Positions 13,224 through 26,200 of a stretch of DNA of 64,000 nt are shown one piece after another; the first letter of the stretch is position 1; each line of letters opens with the position of its first letter. The stretch is taken from positions 1,116,001 to 1,180,000 of the forward strand of contig CM120641.1 in NCBI GenBank assembly GCA_051362555.1. The letters run 5' to 3'. The translations under genes and the position numbers were made by a program. The DNA is from Lingula anatina (Eukaryota; Animalia; Brachiopoda). The notes under the pieces are model-generated. The model searched no databases, was not told the DNA's origin, and saw nothing but the letters and a program-made list of their open reading frames with translations.

Positions 13224-14840
13224 GTTGTTACTGGACCATGCCTGCTAATGCAATGGGATTGACATCTGCAATTGTTAACATTATTCAAACGTTCCGCTTG
13301 TGAGATCATTGAATTAAAATCGATTGATGAACGCACTCGTATGAAGGTTCCGACTTCTAATCATGAAAGACATAAAAGATATAATCCCTCACCAATTTTG
13401 GCCGAATATACACATGGAATAAATAGAAGATAAGAATTGTCTACAAGTTAGGGCCAATGACAAAAGCGTACTCATTAGCTATGATGTACGTTGTTGTTTA
13501 GTCAAAAATTCAGAATATTCAGTACGTATGTACGTATGTTCTGTAGTACGTCAAAGGCCTTTGTCGATTTTACTCATTGATTTTTCGCAAGTTAAGACCA
13601 ACTTTCAGTGCAATCGTAATTGGATGATTCACTGAGATTGAGCGTGTAAAATTTCTTTCATAAGAGACTTTATTTTTTACGACAAAAATAAATAAATAAA
13701 TACTAAAAAAAGGAAAATAAAAAGTGAAGTCTCGACCATTTTAGAGACGGTAGTGGTGGGTGGTATAGTTGTAGTACGAATACTGCCTACCCAAAGGTCA
13801 CGTTAGCAGTTGTCTGCAATGAAGTCGGTGACCTGATTGCCTCCGATATATTACTTGCATTTGTCAATGTGTCGGTTGAATAAACTGTAAAAATTACTTC
13901 ACGTTACTGTTGTTAATCCTCATTATTGGTAAAGCGCCACATACACATAACGGTATGTTGAATGCTGATTAAAAGATTAAACCAATGTATATAATAAAGC
14001 ATCACTAGCAAAAAGCTAAATTCGGCCATAAGAAACTCATCTTCTGGGGTTCTTACGTATAATATAGATTTTGCTTCAAGTGCTTTCGTCGAAAGTTTAA
14101 TTTCAACCAAAACATGACACGATATGCCGCGCAAGAACAATGCTCACAGTGTTCATTGCGCTGCATGACATTTGTGTGACATTTGAAGTTTAGATAGGTA
14201 AATGCAAGTGCCGGACATGACCGTTTACTAGGAACTAACACTTTGAACTAGAAAATAGATCCATTTTACTGGCAATTTGCTTCGCACATCATATCGATTT
14301 GACCGTTGTATTCTTTAATGACAGAGTTACGAAAGAAACGTCGGGCGCCCAGGTTTTTGATTTGATCAAATCTATTACGCGGTGGGTATTATGTTTTTAC
14401 TTCATGCCGGCTAGAAAATTAATAGTAAGGTTGTGCCTAAAAGGGACATTTCCGCCTTAGTCAGGTATCACAGGACATGCGTTGTTGTCTTTCGTAATAG
14501 GTACCGGTACATGTATGGATACACAGGTGAAGTTTCAACCAAGGGGGTGCCGGGCGTCGACTATGATTTATAATACTAAGGGTAAATTCCACCAAAACAT
14601 TTGAAACAAAAAGAGGGAAGTGCAATATGAAATAGAATGGAAGTACGTGCCTACATGTATTTCATTTCACGTATATGATCTTTACTATCTTGAAATTTTC
14701 GCAATCACCAAACCCCCCCCTTTCAGAACCTCTTTTGTATAATCCCAAGGCTCCACACTAAAATTAAACTAAAAAGTGCAACCACTTCGAATTGGGTTTT
14801 TATTTAGGAACAAAGTCACAGTCATTTGGGTCAGCATAAG

Positions 14841-17007
14841 ATGTTCCTTTTCTTCGTGCTTTCGATCGCCGCATCCTCAGTAGGTAAGTACTGACCTGCA
14901 GAAGTCTAAGTCAAAAATGCCCATATTTCCTTATCATTACGTCACTTGATACTTTTCCTTCGGCAATCTGTTTTCACCTTACGATACAATATGTACATAC
15001 GTTATGTTTAGCCGTCATTAACTCAACTGCATTAAAATGTAATGCCTGTCTTGTTTTCAAATGTGATAAGGCAGTAACTCATGGTCTTCATGGTGCGTCT
15101 TCCACATAAAATATGGCAAACAACTGGTACAGTTTTCTTTTTGACTAAGATTCAGACAGCCCCAAAAACGCCTGGCAAGAAAACTATCATAAATTTCCAT
15201 CCATTCCATTTCGTAAACTATCGAAACCGGATACTTATGTAAATTAGTGGGCATTGCGTATAAAATTGACAAACATATAACAAGCTGGACACAAGCTCTC
15301 TTGCCTGGAGAGTCAATTGACCACCAAGGTATTGGTATATAGGCACGACAGCCTACATTTACCTACTAAATATGTTATCACTGTTGTGCCAGGTCAATAC
15401 GTCTGCTCATTCCAATAATATTCAGAACAGGAATATGTATCAAAATTTTAATGATTTTCTGGGAATTTGCCTTTGACCGTTTTTTTTTTTAAATTTAATT
15501 TAATTTTATTTATTTATTTATTTATTTTTTGTAGAGATAATGAGCTAACTCAGTATTGTACGTTTTAAGTAAAAGGTTAAAGTAAATGACAGAAAAAAAC
15601 AAACAAAACAAAACAAAACAACAAAAGCATAGTGTACATAATAAAACATCTTAACTGACCAATGTTAGGCCCAGAATTCTACAAGAAGTACAATAAATAT
15701 GCTTGAAAACCACGCCTGATCTTGTTCGCATGAAGTATTCCATTTATTTTTTCAATTTGATGACCATTATAGTATTTTCTTTTTCTTTTTTAGGAACCTC
15801 AAATGGCATACCAGTACAAACATATTGTCCACCTTCTCTCAGTCCTATATGTTACATATTTGATGACGAGAATACAAAATGTGATAACACTCACTGTAAG
15901 ATGAACCACTGTGCCCTCTTGGCGAGTATTCACAGCGATTATGAAAACCGAGTAGTGCATACCTGGATGTGAGTATACGTACACTGATTTAATGCGGCTA
16001 AATATTTTTCATTTTATTGTTTTGTATTTAGATTCCACGATTTGTTTCATTGTTCATTAATGTAATGTGGAAACATTGCATATAATCAGTACTATAAATT
16101 GACAAACCAGAAGAAAGAACGAAACATTTTTACGTTTGTCTCATGTCTGTAAGTGGCAACATCTTTCAGAATGAAATAGCATGGTGAATGTGAATCTTAA
16201 ATCAAACAGTGCTCAGTGCGTCATTCCAGCGTCGATATTTCATATCTTGCCTACTGTAAATATCGAAGTAAACAAGACGTCATGTCTAGGAGACAAAGTC
16301 GATATTATGTTATGTGTAGGTTAGTAGATATGAAGTCGACATGACGTCATGTTTTGGCTAGGAGAAAAGTAGATATGACGTCATATGTATGCCAGGGCAC
16401 ATAAAGTCGACATGACGTCATATGTACGCTAGGAGACAAAGTCGATTTGACGTCATGTGCAGGCTAGAAGACATAATATCAATATGACGTCATGTGCAGG
16501 ATAGGATACAAAGTCGATATGACGTCATATGTAGACTAGGAGACTAGAATGCCCATTTGTGCACAATGAGAAAATAAAATCATTTTCTAAATAATCTCAT
16601 AAAGAAACTACTTTGCGCTCTATCCTACATGTATGTACCTAACTCATATCATAAAGAAATTACATTGTGCTCTATCCTATGTTCTAGGGGCAATCTTGAC
16701 GAGAAAGCTTGGCTCGGGCTACGGGGACAATCACCGACTTGGATGGATGGCTCGTTATTAATCTACTATAATGGCCCAAATAGCTTTGATGCCTCACAAT
16801 GTGCAGTCATGGACGGGGAATCGTCAGACCCAACATGGCGAAAGAAAAATGCTCAAAATTCAGAGAACAATCTCTGCAAGATAATAGGTAATGTACATTT
16901 ATTTTTTACATGATAAACTGATGTCTGCCCTGTTTTTTTCCCAAATGGTTATTATGGTATTGTCACTGACACAGGAATATAATATCTCGCGTTTTATCTA
17001 CCATATA

Positions 17008-17062
<55 letters not shown>

Positions 17063-17101
17063 GTGTAATAAAATCCTCTTCTACTGTTTTATCCATCATA
17101 T

Positions 17102-17139
<38 letters not shown>

Positions 17140-20100
17140 CTATAATTAACAACCAGTCTGTATCTTTTATCCATCCCCAGGTTTACCCTGCAGCAGTCCT
17201 CCTGCTATCGTCGGTGCCACCGATAGCACGGTGACACTTCCAGCCTCGTACCCCAACTTCTACCACTGCTTTCCACACAACACAGTGGTAGGGAGCATCT
17301 GTCCGAGTGGTCAGCATATCTTAGGACTCCCAGGTTACCAGCACATTGATTTTAGATGCAAAAACGGGACGTGGGTGTTACTGACGGCTGTGAATTATAC
17401 AGTGGACCAAATGTCTTGTGGGGGTAAATTCAGTTTATGTTTTAACTGTTCACTAACGCTTTATGGAATGTTGTAAGCAAAGCTGTAAATATGGATGAAA
17501 CTGTTGTGTTATAGCCCCTTAACCGAGCGTACATATGTATGCAGCGTGGATTCCCAGTAGCACATATAAACCACTTGTATAGTTTCTTATACATTTTGAA
17601 CGACTCAATTAAAGACATCATGGAAGGGATAAACGGAATTAATCACCCAATCAGCCATTGAGAGCACCTTCAGATTTTTGGTCGTAAATTTAACCTATCG
17701 GTGCTTATCTTATCACTTATCTGCCCGGGCTGAAAGCAAGCAGAAAAATCCGTTTAAACATGCATCGGGCAATGTGAAACGATGTTAGTCGGTATTTCTG
17801 TAAGTTATACTATTTAAAACTTCATGGTGGCATTTTGTCGGCTTTTGTGGCAAAAAATATTGACTTCAAGTGCATATTTACCACAGAAAAGCCAACAATG
17901 CCATTGCATTATTATCGACACAGGTTACTTCTAAAAGCAAAATTTAAACCTGCCATTTCACTTCAAGTGTATTTTCGTTTCTGTGAATTTTCATTTCGAT
18001 GAGTTGGGGAAGTAAAGGGTAGTTACAGTCCACGTTAAGACAAACTATTTCAGCATACTTCACTGTTACTAATACAATATTTCAATGTGAATACCTTTTG
18101 TGAATTCCAGCACGGTAATATGATATAGAGTAATCTAGAAATGCTGACGTTACCGCCAAATTTCTTGATTTCAGTTGACGGAAATTGGAGCGTATGGAGC
18201 GAATGGAGTGCTTGTGACGTCACGTGCGGTACCGGACAGAAGAGCCGAGTTCGGAGCTGCGACAACCCGGCGCCAGTCGCTGGTGGCGCTCCCTGTGTAG
18301 GGGAGGAAATTGAACATAAGAACTGCTCTATTTACCCAGATCCATGTACAGGTGGGTCTGGTTTTTAATTGGTATATACCTACATGTTCTGGACTGGACG
18401 GCAGGTAGCACTTGAGACCTCATTAGGCTCTATTATAGGCCATATTTTGATTAAGAAATATTGATCTAAATACATTTAACATCATAAAGTTATGTGAACT
18501 TGTTTCCTAGTTAAATTTTAATTGTAACACGATTTTGTGAAAATGTGTATTATAATTGCATTGAATACTATAAATATTTGTAATTGAAAAACACACAACC
18601 TAACTTTAGATTTTGTAAAATAATGTTTGATCTACAGTACTACAAGTATTGGCTCTTGCAGAAAAAGGTTTTGACTGAATAGCCTTTTAGTATTTCCGTG
18701 GCTTCTAGTTGAGGCGGTTTTGATGGTCTTAAGGTACTTTGACGGAATGAATTACTTGCATACTTGTTACTTTCTTTATCTATCAAAATACGAAAGAAAA
18801 TGTTTCTCTCGTAACGTCTGAGGTATAGAGATATAATTTGCCGTTAGTGTTACTCATACCAGAAAATCATCATTGTTATGAGTTCAGACGAAAAAGAAAT
18901 CATTATAAATTCAGTAAATATTCTTAATGAATTTAAACACATCGTTCAGAATTTAACTTTAAAGCCAAGGGATGTCGCCCATCGTGATCGAAAGAATGAA
19001 CAGGTGTTCATTCAACTGCAAACAATTGATTCTGACATTGCGTGTTTGAACAATCGCTTTTGTTCGGCATGCCAAATAAATATTATAAAAAGCTATTGAG
19101 TAAAAACTTGTATATCCTAGAGGCCACATATATGAGGCTGTAGAAAGTGATGTTTCGTTTAATCACAAAGGACTGTTTTTGAGATACAAAGTAATTTGAC
19201 ATACAATATGATGTTCCTGTTTGGGACAATGACCAACGTTTCTATCTTTTAGTGTGGAATCTCCTTGAATATTAATACATGACTAGTTCAGTGAATCTAC
19301 AGTATATATCAAGTGCGTAATTACAAGAGAAATTCTAAAAAAAGCGGCCCATTCGAACTGTGTATATTTGAATAAATTTACTGTCGGATGTCAGTTTTGA
19401 TAAGATCCGTGGTTTGCAATCGATATATTAGTTCCCCTTTGTCCTTATACGTCTGCAATTCATTTAATAACATGACGGCAAAATAGAAACCCATTAGCGT
19501 TCATCCGCAGGTTATTGGAAAGAGACGGTTATGCTGATGGAACAAACAAACACACAAGTACGCCTGACACATCTACGGTACATGTAGAATAGGGAGAAAA
19601 GGGTAGACATTATGTTTTTTCTCCCCCAACACCTTTCCAAATTAGATCAGAATTGAAAGACGAAAAATCACTTGTATTAAAGGGACGCGGGATCAACCCG
19701 CCAGCATTAAAATTCCGGGGAAAAGGCAATTTTCCCCTGCTCACGAATCATTACTCGACCCATTTAGAAAGTGTGTCTTTTAACATGTCGCCATTTTAAT
19801 AAATGCATATTTTCAACACCCTTATGGTCTACGGTGCTGTGCATAGCTCGACCCCTAAAAACCACCACTGACTCAAATCTATTCTATTCCAGGTGCAGGG
19901 TTTGGTGTTTGGGAACTTTGGTCACAGTGGAGTGAGTGCTCTGAGAGATGTGGTAGCGGGCAAAGGAATCGGTATTTATATACTTCATGACTGTTAGTAA
20001 AACGTGAAAGACAAAGGCATCGGTTTGCAATTACATGCAATAAGGTTTTACCACCTGTACTGGGGTATCACCACCTTTTGCCGGGGTATCACCACCTGTA

Positions 20101-23100
20101 CTGGGGTATCACCACCTTTTGCCGGGGTATCACCACCTGTACTGGGTTGTCACCACCTTTTGCCGGGGTATCACCACCTGTACTGGGGTATCACCACCTG
20201 TACTGGGTAATCACCACCTTTTGCCGGGGTATCACCACCTGTACTGGAGTATCACCACCTGTACTGGGTTATCACCACCTTTTGCCGGGGTATCACCATC
20301 TGTACTTTAGAATGTGCAAGCACATGGGAAGCTAAGATGCCCCAGCGCCATGACAGATCCGGGATGGGGGTGGGTGGGTGCATGGGGTTCGGTGCAGCGT
20401 TCACTTGCCTCTCTGTTAGCTTCAGTGACATCCCTCATTCCTCTAAAACGAACCAAAACCAAACAAACTTCCCTCCATTTGCCCTATATATATTACAACA
20501 AATTTGTCCTATTCTGCTGTATTATTGGCTGTACAAAGTGCTATTCGTTATACCGTCCTATATCCGGCTGTGCCAGAGTGGTGTGTTTGCTGGTGATTGC
20601 CACAAAACCCCCAACAGCAAGACACACACAGACATAATGGGATATCATCTCCGGCCTAGTGACCGATATGCTATATATGGTCCATTTAGAGTGTTTTCTT
20701 GGTGTGCCAATATTTTAATCGATTTTTTCATAAATTCAGCATAATGATAATAAATAAATAAATAATAAATACATAATAGTTCAGCACTTTTTAGGTATGC
20801 ATATATAATTATTTAAATGCATATATATTTATATATTTTATTGGTATACATTCCCACTGTTTGACCAAAATTTAAATACTAGTATTTATCATATTTTAAT
20901 ATTTTGAATATTATAGAGATAAATATATCTATCTATCTATAATAGGCTGTCCATCTATTTCAGTTCAACATTTTTTCTAGCATCGGATCAATACAAAAAA
21001 ACGAATACATATCATGTGATTTATGTTTCAGTTTTCGAACTTGTGGTCAGACCCCGTGTCTTGGCGAGGGTACAGAAATTGGTCAGTGCTCGGGCTGTTA
21101 CTGTCCAAGTAGGTCAACTTTTGGTTTGAAACTGATTTTAAGTTTCGATTTAATTAAAATTTTGATGTACTGCACGTATGTTTAGAGATTTGAGCTACTA
21201 GAGTATGACGTTTTACAATCGTGCACTTAAACTCACATAAGATATAGATTTAAATTGACGTAACAGCAATTATTGTTACCCGGGGGTGACATTGTACACT
21301 GTATCTGTGCAGTGTCTATAGCCCTAATGCACATTCACTAGCACAACTATCAAAAACATTTAAAGATGCGTCTTATTGGTTTAAAGGGCTACTCCATGGA
21401 ATTCCTCCTCCTTCAAGATTAATTGTTAAAGGTTCTCTGGGAGGGCTGGAAATTCCCCACAGTCATAGAGAAGACAATTGTTCTTTTATCCAGGAATTCA
21501 GGGCCATAGCAATAGTACGAGGGTTTTCATAAGCCGAATTAATGCATGAATTAAGTGTAAAGTGTACTGGTAATAAAGTAAAGTTCATTAGAGGTGCGTG
21601 TATGCGATTTTTCGGACCAGTGAACCTTCGGGTTATCGTGACGCTCCAGAAAAAAATCTCATGGAGTGTCCCTTTAATCAAACACACTCCCCTGTAATTG
21701 ATCATACTTTGATATGTCTAGACTTGGAGATGTGGTTTATGGAAGGGAACAAGGACCACAGTCAACAAATAGCGCCGCAGTACTACGAGCGTACTACCGA
21801 GTCCCTCAACAACAGATCGATATTCATAAAACGGCCCACAAACAGTTATAAGGGCAGGAAATACCTATACCATACTGGACTTGGTTGGATGATAGGGTCT
21901 GATCCCAATAGCGGCTATGGAGGGCTTTATCTTAGCAGTACAGCAGACGACGTGAATGATCTAAGCGGCACATGGGAGTGGTATAACAGCAATCAAGAAA
22001 GTTGGCTTTATGATGACAGTTTTAGATTGGTTTGTATACCAGGTAACTAGAATTTTAATGTTTTTTAAAAGATATGTATAAGATCTATTGATTAGTCCTG
22101 AACATTAAATCTAGAACCTTGTTGGCTTTAATTTTCTTCTTATTGTGCTATGCAATTTACATGTATCTATAAAGTTAGGCATGTGAAATATTCAATCTAT
22201 TTAAGCTTTTTTTATCAGGCAATTATCGTTCTCTGTTATGCTACTACCAAATTGTTCAGTATTCTATATTTAAGTGCCAGTGAATTATTGCATTCATAGA
22301 CATTCGACATTTACAGCATTCATCAAATATAAGTTTCAGTCTTTCCAGAAGGGGTTAACAACTGGATTGAATTGGAAACATCTAATTTACCTCTCATATT
22401 TATTCTATCAGCAATGAATAAAGAAGAAATTTTCTATTCTTCTTCTGCCTAAAAAAACCCGAGGTGCATGTAATTTACATAAAAAACTATCAGTGGCCAT
22501 TCCTTCTGAAAATCGCCTCTGTCATTTCAAATTCGACCTTCATTTCAGAAAATCACTGCATTAAACCACCATATGCAAGTTACAACGCATACTCATCGGC
22601 CAGCGACACACAGATTGCATTCTCGGTAAACGAAACCATTACCTTTACCTGTTGGTCAGGATACAGCCTTCCCAACGGAGACAACCAGACAACGGTAGTG
22701 TGTGACCACCAGCTGCATTGGAACATGACAGGGGTACAGTGTCTTCTGGATGAAGAAGATTCATTAGATTCGGTCACGTCTCAAAGCTCGTCGTCCTCAG
22801 AGTTTTATTTTTCATCGATAGATGGCAGTCTGAATGTCAACCCGTCTAGCCATCAGCCGTCAGCAAGAACATCATTGGTAACAGAGGACACGATTTTCGC
22901 CTTTATCTCTACGGAGACGGAATCTATAAATGGGACTTTGCATACAATATCTTCAGACCACATTGTTTCCCAATCCATGTTAGAGTCTGCAACAACTGAG
23001 AACACATTTTCTATTGCAACGTCAATGACAGAACAGAGCATTGTCGTGGAATCCATCAGTATTCAGTTGAATCCGAATTCTACAATTGTGGGAAAATATA

Positions 23101-25898
23101 GCAATTTAGCAGGTAAGTTATTCGGTCAAAGCTTGTATTGTATATCCTCGAATTATACGTTATAACTTGTTGTTTAAAAAGTGCTCTTGAGATCAAGATG
23201 GTGTGCTAGAAAATTGTCTATTAAATTAATTTCTTCTTGTTAAAACATTCATCTTCTTTGTTCAAACTGATCGTGAATGACCAAATATCAAGATGGTCAC
23301 ATCTGGATTCAAATGACACTGCTTGTATATGTAAATTACACTTACTATGTGTATCAGAACTAAGAATGTTCTTAGAATAACGTCCAAATTCTTGCATACC
23401 CGAAGACATTCTTTCTCAACTGTCAAATCTGATACATTTTCTTTCAATATCATTGCCATTATTGGTACTTGGTGAACAGAATATATCACTGCTTGAAAGA
23501 AGCAAACTACATGGTATCTGACAAATAATAGCATGGTTATATTTTAACGGGGATATGTTTTGCCTGGCAAAGCAATCATTTGATCCGCAGAAAGTTGTAT
23601 CATTTGACGATGAGAATACGCCCCCTGCACAAATAAAAACCCCCGGATGCAAACTTGTTGTAATTAGATAAATATGATTAAATCGTAAAATGTTAATTGC
23701 ACAAAAAATGCTAATTTTATAATTCCTTTTGATTCATTTTGCAACGTGATTCAGTTGGCCATGGCAGACAAATTGCTTTAGGTACTCGTATCTTGCCAAA
23801 ATGCAAAAATCCCTTAATTTGTGCATGATTAATATAACTTAACATAATTTAAGATCTAATAGTTCGATAAACCTGTTGAAATACATTGTAGTGGTTATGT
23901 CTATCACAGCTTCATCATCAAATGTCACCAGTGAGGTCTCCACACACAGGAATCAAACAATAACAACAAGCGAAGATCTAGGAACAACCGAACGCACGGT
24001 GTGCCAGGAATGCACGGCACAACCACCGTTAATTGAAGGTTAGCCATTATTTCTTAGCAAAGTGGAGAATGTATTGAAATATACATTTGGTTCAAAAAAA
24101 TTAGGTTAATTTCTAAAAATTATTTTTATTTTAGATTACTTTGATGGAATTCGAAGGTAACATTAACTCTACTAAGTTCGTGAAATCTGCATGAAAACCT
24201 TCTCACTTTCAGTTCAAACTACGTGAAATCTGCCTGTAAACCTTTATAATTTCTTTTCAAAACTATATTACAGGTGAGTGTCCGGAAATACTGATCCCCA
24301 ATGGTACCCCAGACTCTCCTGCCAGACATATAGGCTCCGTGGTGACAGTAAGGTGTGCGCGGTACTTTATGTTTGGGGACAGGAACCGGACGATGACGGT
24401 CACGTGTCAGAATTCCAGCACGTGGCAGCCACGTGTACAGAGGTGTCGAGGTAAAATGTGATCCACGCCATGTCAGTGTGACATTCGATTGTGAAAGTTA
24501 CTACAGTTGAAAGTTGATTCTAAGTTTAACATCAAAGATTTGGGATCTAAATTGATCCGATGTATAGATTTGGAAGTATAGTCATAGATGAACTTGTTTG
24601 ACCTTGTAAACTCCACATTTGACACACACACAACATATTTTGTCATGGAAAAAGCGTTTCAATAACCTCGAGCTCAAAGCTTCCAAACGTTTCCCCATTT
24701 TAAAAAATATGACTTTTTCACAAGTTTTCTGTTTATCTTATTTTTCTTTCATAGAAATCACGGATTGCGGAGACACCCTCAATGTCGTGAACGCTTTACC
24801 CGAGACTCACAACGTCACAGTGGCGGCCAAACTGAGATATATTTGTCAAAACAACCTTACCTTTCCCGACGGCAGCCATCACAGGTAACCCCCCCTCCCT
24901 CAAACAAATAATCTCAATTAACACTCAAGGAAAAAATAACGTGGTTAATATTAAGTCACTGAATTTTTTTAGTTTTTTAAAGCCAAAGTCATTCTTCTTT
25001 GTGATTTCTGGTAATCAGACCTGCAGGAGAAATATTATCTATCTATATCTATCTGTATATCAGATTTGTCCCAAACGTGCTCATATATGATAAGTTCAGC
25101 GTGAATAAGACAGCAAAGTCTAAAAGGATGACGTCTTGTTAAGCCTATGTCGTCTTCGTGTTTTTTAACGCATTGTTGAAAGTTATTAATAAAATTTCAC
25201 TTTTAAAGTGATATACGTGTTAATGCGATAGCGTTGTTTATTACTTATTACAGGTCCACCACGTGTACAGCCGATGGGGTGTGGTTTCCACTACTTTCTG
25301 GTTGTTCAGGTACGCAATTACCATATTCCATGTTATTTTCGGTGTGGGTTTTAGATTTGCGTCAACTTACAGTTACATATAAAAATCAATAACCAGTTGA
25401 ATTTTCTGTAGGGAAGTTCAAGGTGACTCCATCTGAAATGATTAAGTTTTACGGGGTTTTAAACATGCATCAGGGGTGCTGTTAATACATTGTAGCCTAC
25501 CTTTGCAAACATTTAGTTGGTGGAAAACGCACACATCTTCCAACACTGTAGCTGGCGCCTCTGCCTTCTAGTTTACATTTTCTCATCACAGAAAACAAAT
25601 CTCATGATTTATTATCAATTAATTCAGTACCTGTTCCATTCAAAACCATTTAATTTTCACAGAACCCATACCTGCATTAACAAGAAAACGCCGAGCTGAT
25701 CGCGGACCACCCCTGGAGGCCCCCGGAGCGGAAGTGATGGGATCCTTCGGCATGCTCATCCTGATAGGAATAGCTGGCGGAATTATACTGCTCGACCTTG
25801 CCACCTTAGGGAAACAGCTAGCACAGTTGAAACGAAACTTGAGGTCGTTTTTACGACTCAAAAAACGTCACCATCCACATTTATATAAATATAGATAA
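14841..25898 (+). CDS. Gene 1: type I transmembrane mosaic protein (C-type lectin-like, 4 CCP/Sushi, 2 TSP1, unnamed domain, mucin-like stalk), about 868 aa
   Basis: Phase-consistent GT-AG exons: 14841-14883 (signal peptide MFLFFVLSIAASSVG); 15794-15968 and 16688-16887 (CTLD: LASIHS..EN, AWLGL, WMDGS, LCK); 17181-17423 (CCP-like); 18175-18351 (TSP1 WSVWSEWSACDVTCG); 19893-19971 and 21032-21108 (TSP1); 21722-22042 (domain X); 22549-23112 (CCP plus S/T-rich); 23910-24038; 24274-24450 (CCP); 24755-24884 and 25254-25309 (CCP); 25663-25898 (RKRR, TM FGMLILIGIAGGIILL, short tail, TAA). Total 2607 nt, in frame. AATAAA immediately follows the stop. Confidence 0.85.
16270..16545. repeat. 35/37-bp minisatellite carrying six perfect TGACGTCA (CRE) motifs, intron 2 of gene 1
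   Basis: TGACGTCA at 16342, 16376, 16413, 16448, 16485 and 16520. Confidence 0.9.
20050..20306. repeat. 20/21-bp minisatellite inside the intron that splits TSP1 repeat 2 of gene 1
   Basis: Mostly alternating GGGGTATCACCACCTGTACT and GGGGTATCACCACCTTTTGCC units, about 12 copies. Confidence 0.95.
21385..21673. mobile_element. Kolobok-like MITE
   Basis: TTAA|AGGGCTACTCCATG ... CATGGAGTGTCCCT|TTAA: TTAA duplication with AGG-starting imperfect TIRs. Confidence 0.7.
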
Positions 25899-26089
25899 TA
25901 AAGCCAGTTTACACAGAGCTGTGCCTCACTGTGTATCTTTCTGTCACTCCAAAATAGGGCCTTGACGCACAGTTTTTACCAAACACAGAAAAATATTGTG
26001 TTTGTTTAACTACTCCTGCAATCCTCGTATCTTCTTTGAACGACCAAAACTGGTATTCTCATGTAGAACTACGAGGGATAACTGAGAGA

Positions 26090-26200
26090 CTTACCTGGCC
26101 CCCTTTATGCCCACTGCGCAACCAGCAGCGTCCAGTTCAGACGATCCCGAGCCAGCTGTGAGCATGTGTTGCGCCAGCTCTTGGACGTCTCTGTACCCAA
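26090..26200 (-). mobile_element. Probable 3' fragment of an RTE-type non-LTR retrotransposon
   Basis: The minus strand translates SWRNTCSQLARDRLNWTLLVAQWA*, resembling the LAxDRxxWRxLV C-terminal motif of RTE ORFs. Confidence 0.45.

Noticed and set aside
20004-20335. Three overlapping ORFs with GYHHL/GITT/VSPP repeats
   Set aside because: Translation of the intronic 20/21-bp minisatellite.
23221-23652. Cluster of minus-strand ORFs in a gene 1 intron
   Set aside because: No recognisable domain or splice-consistent model. At most an unidentifiable decayed repeat.
26087-26100. ACTTACCTGGC resembling the U1 snRNA 5' end
   Set aside because: The downstream sequence does not match U1 stem-loops or the Sm site. 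It is just a donor-like motif on the minus strand.
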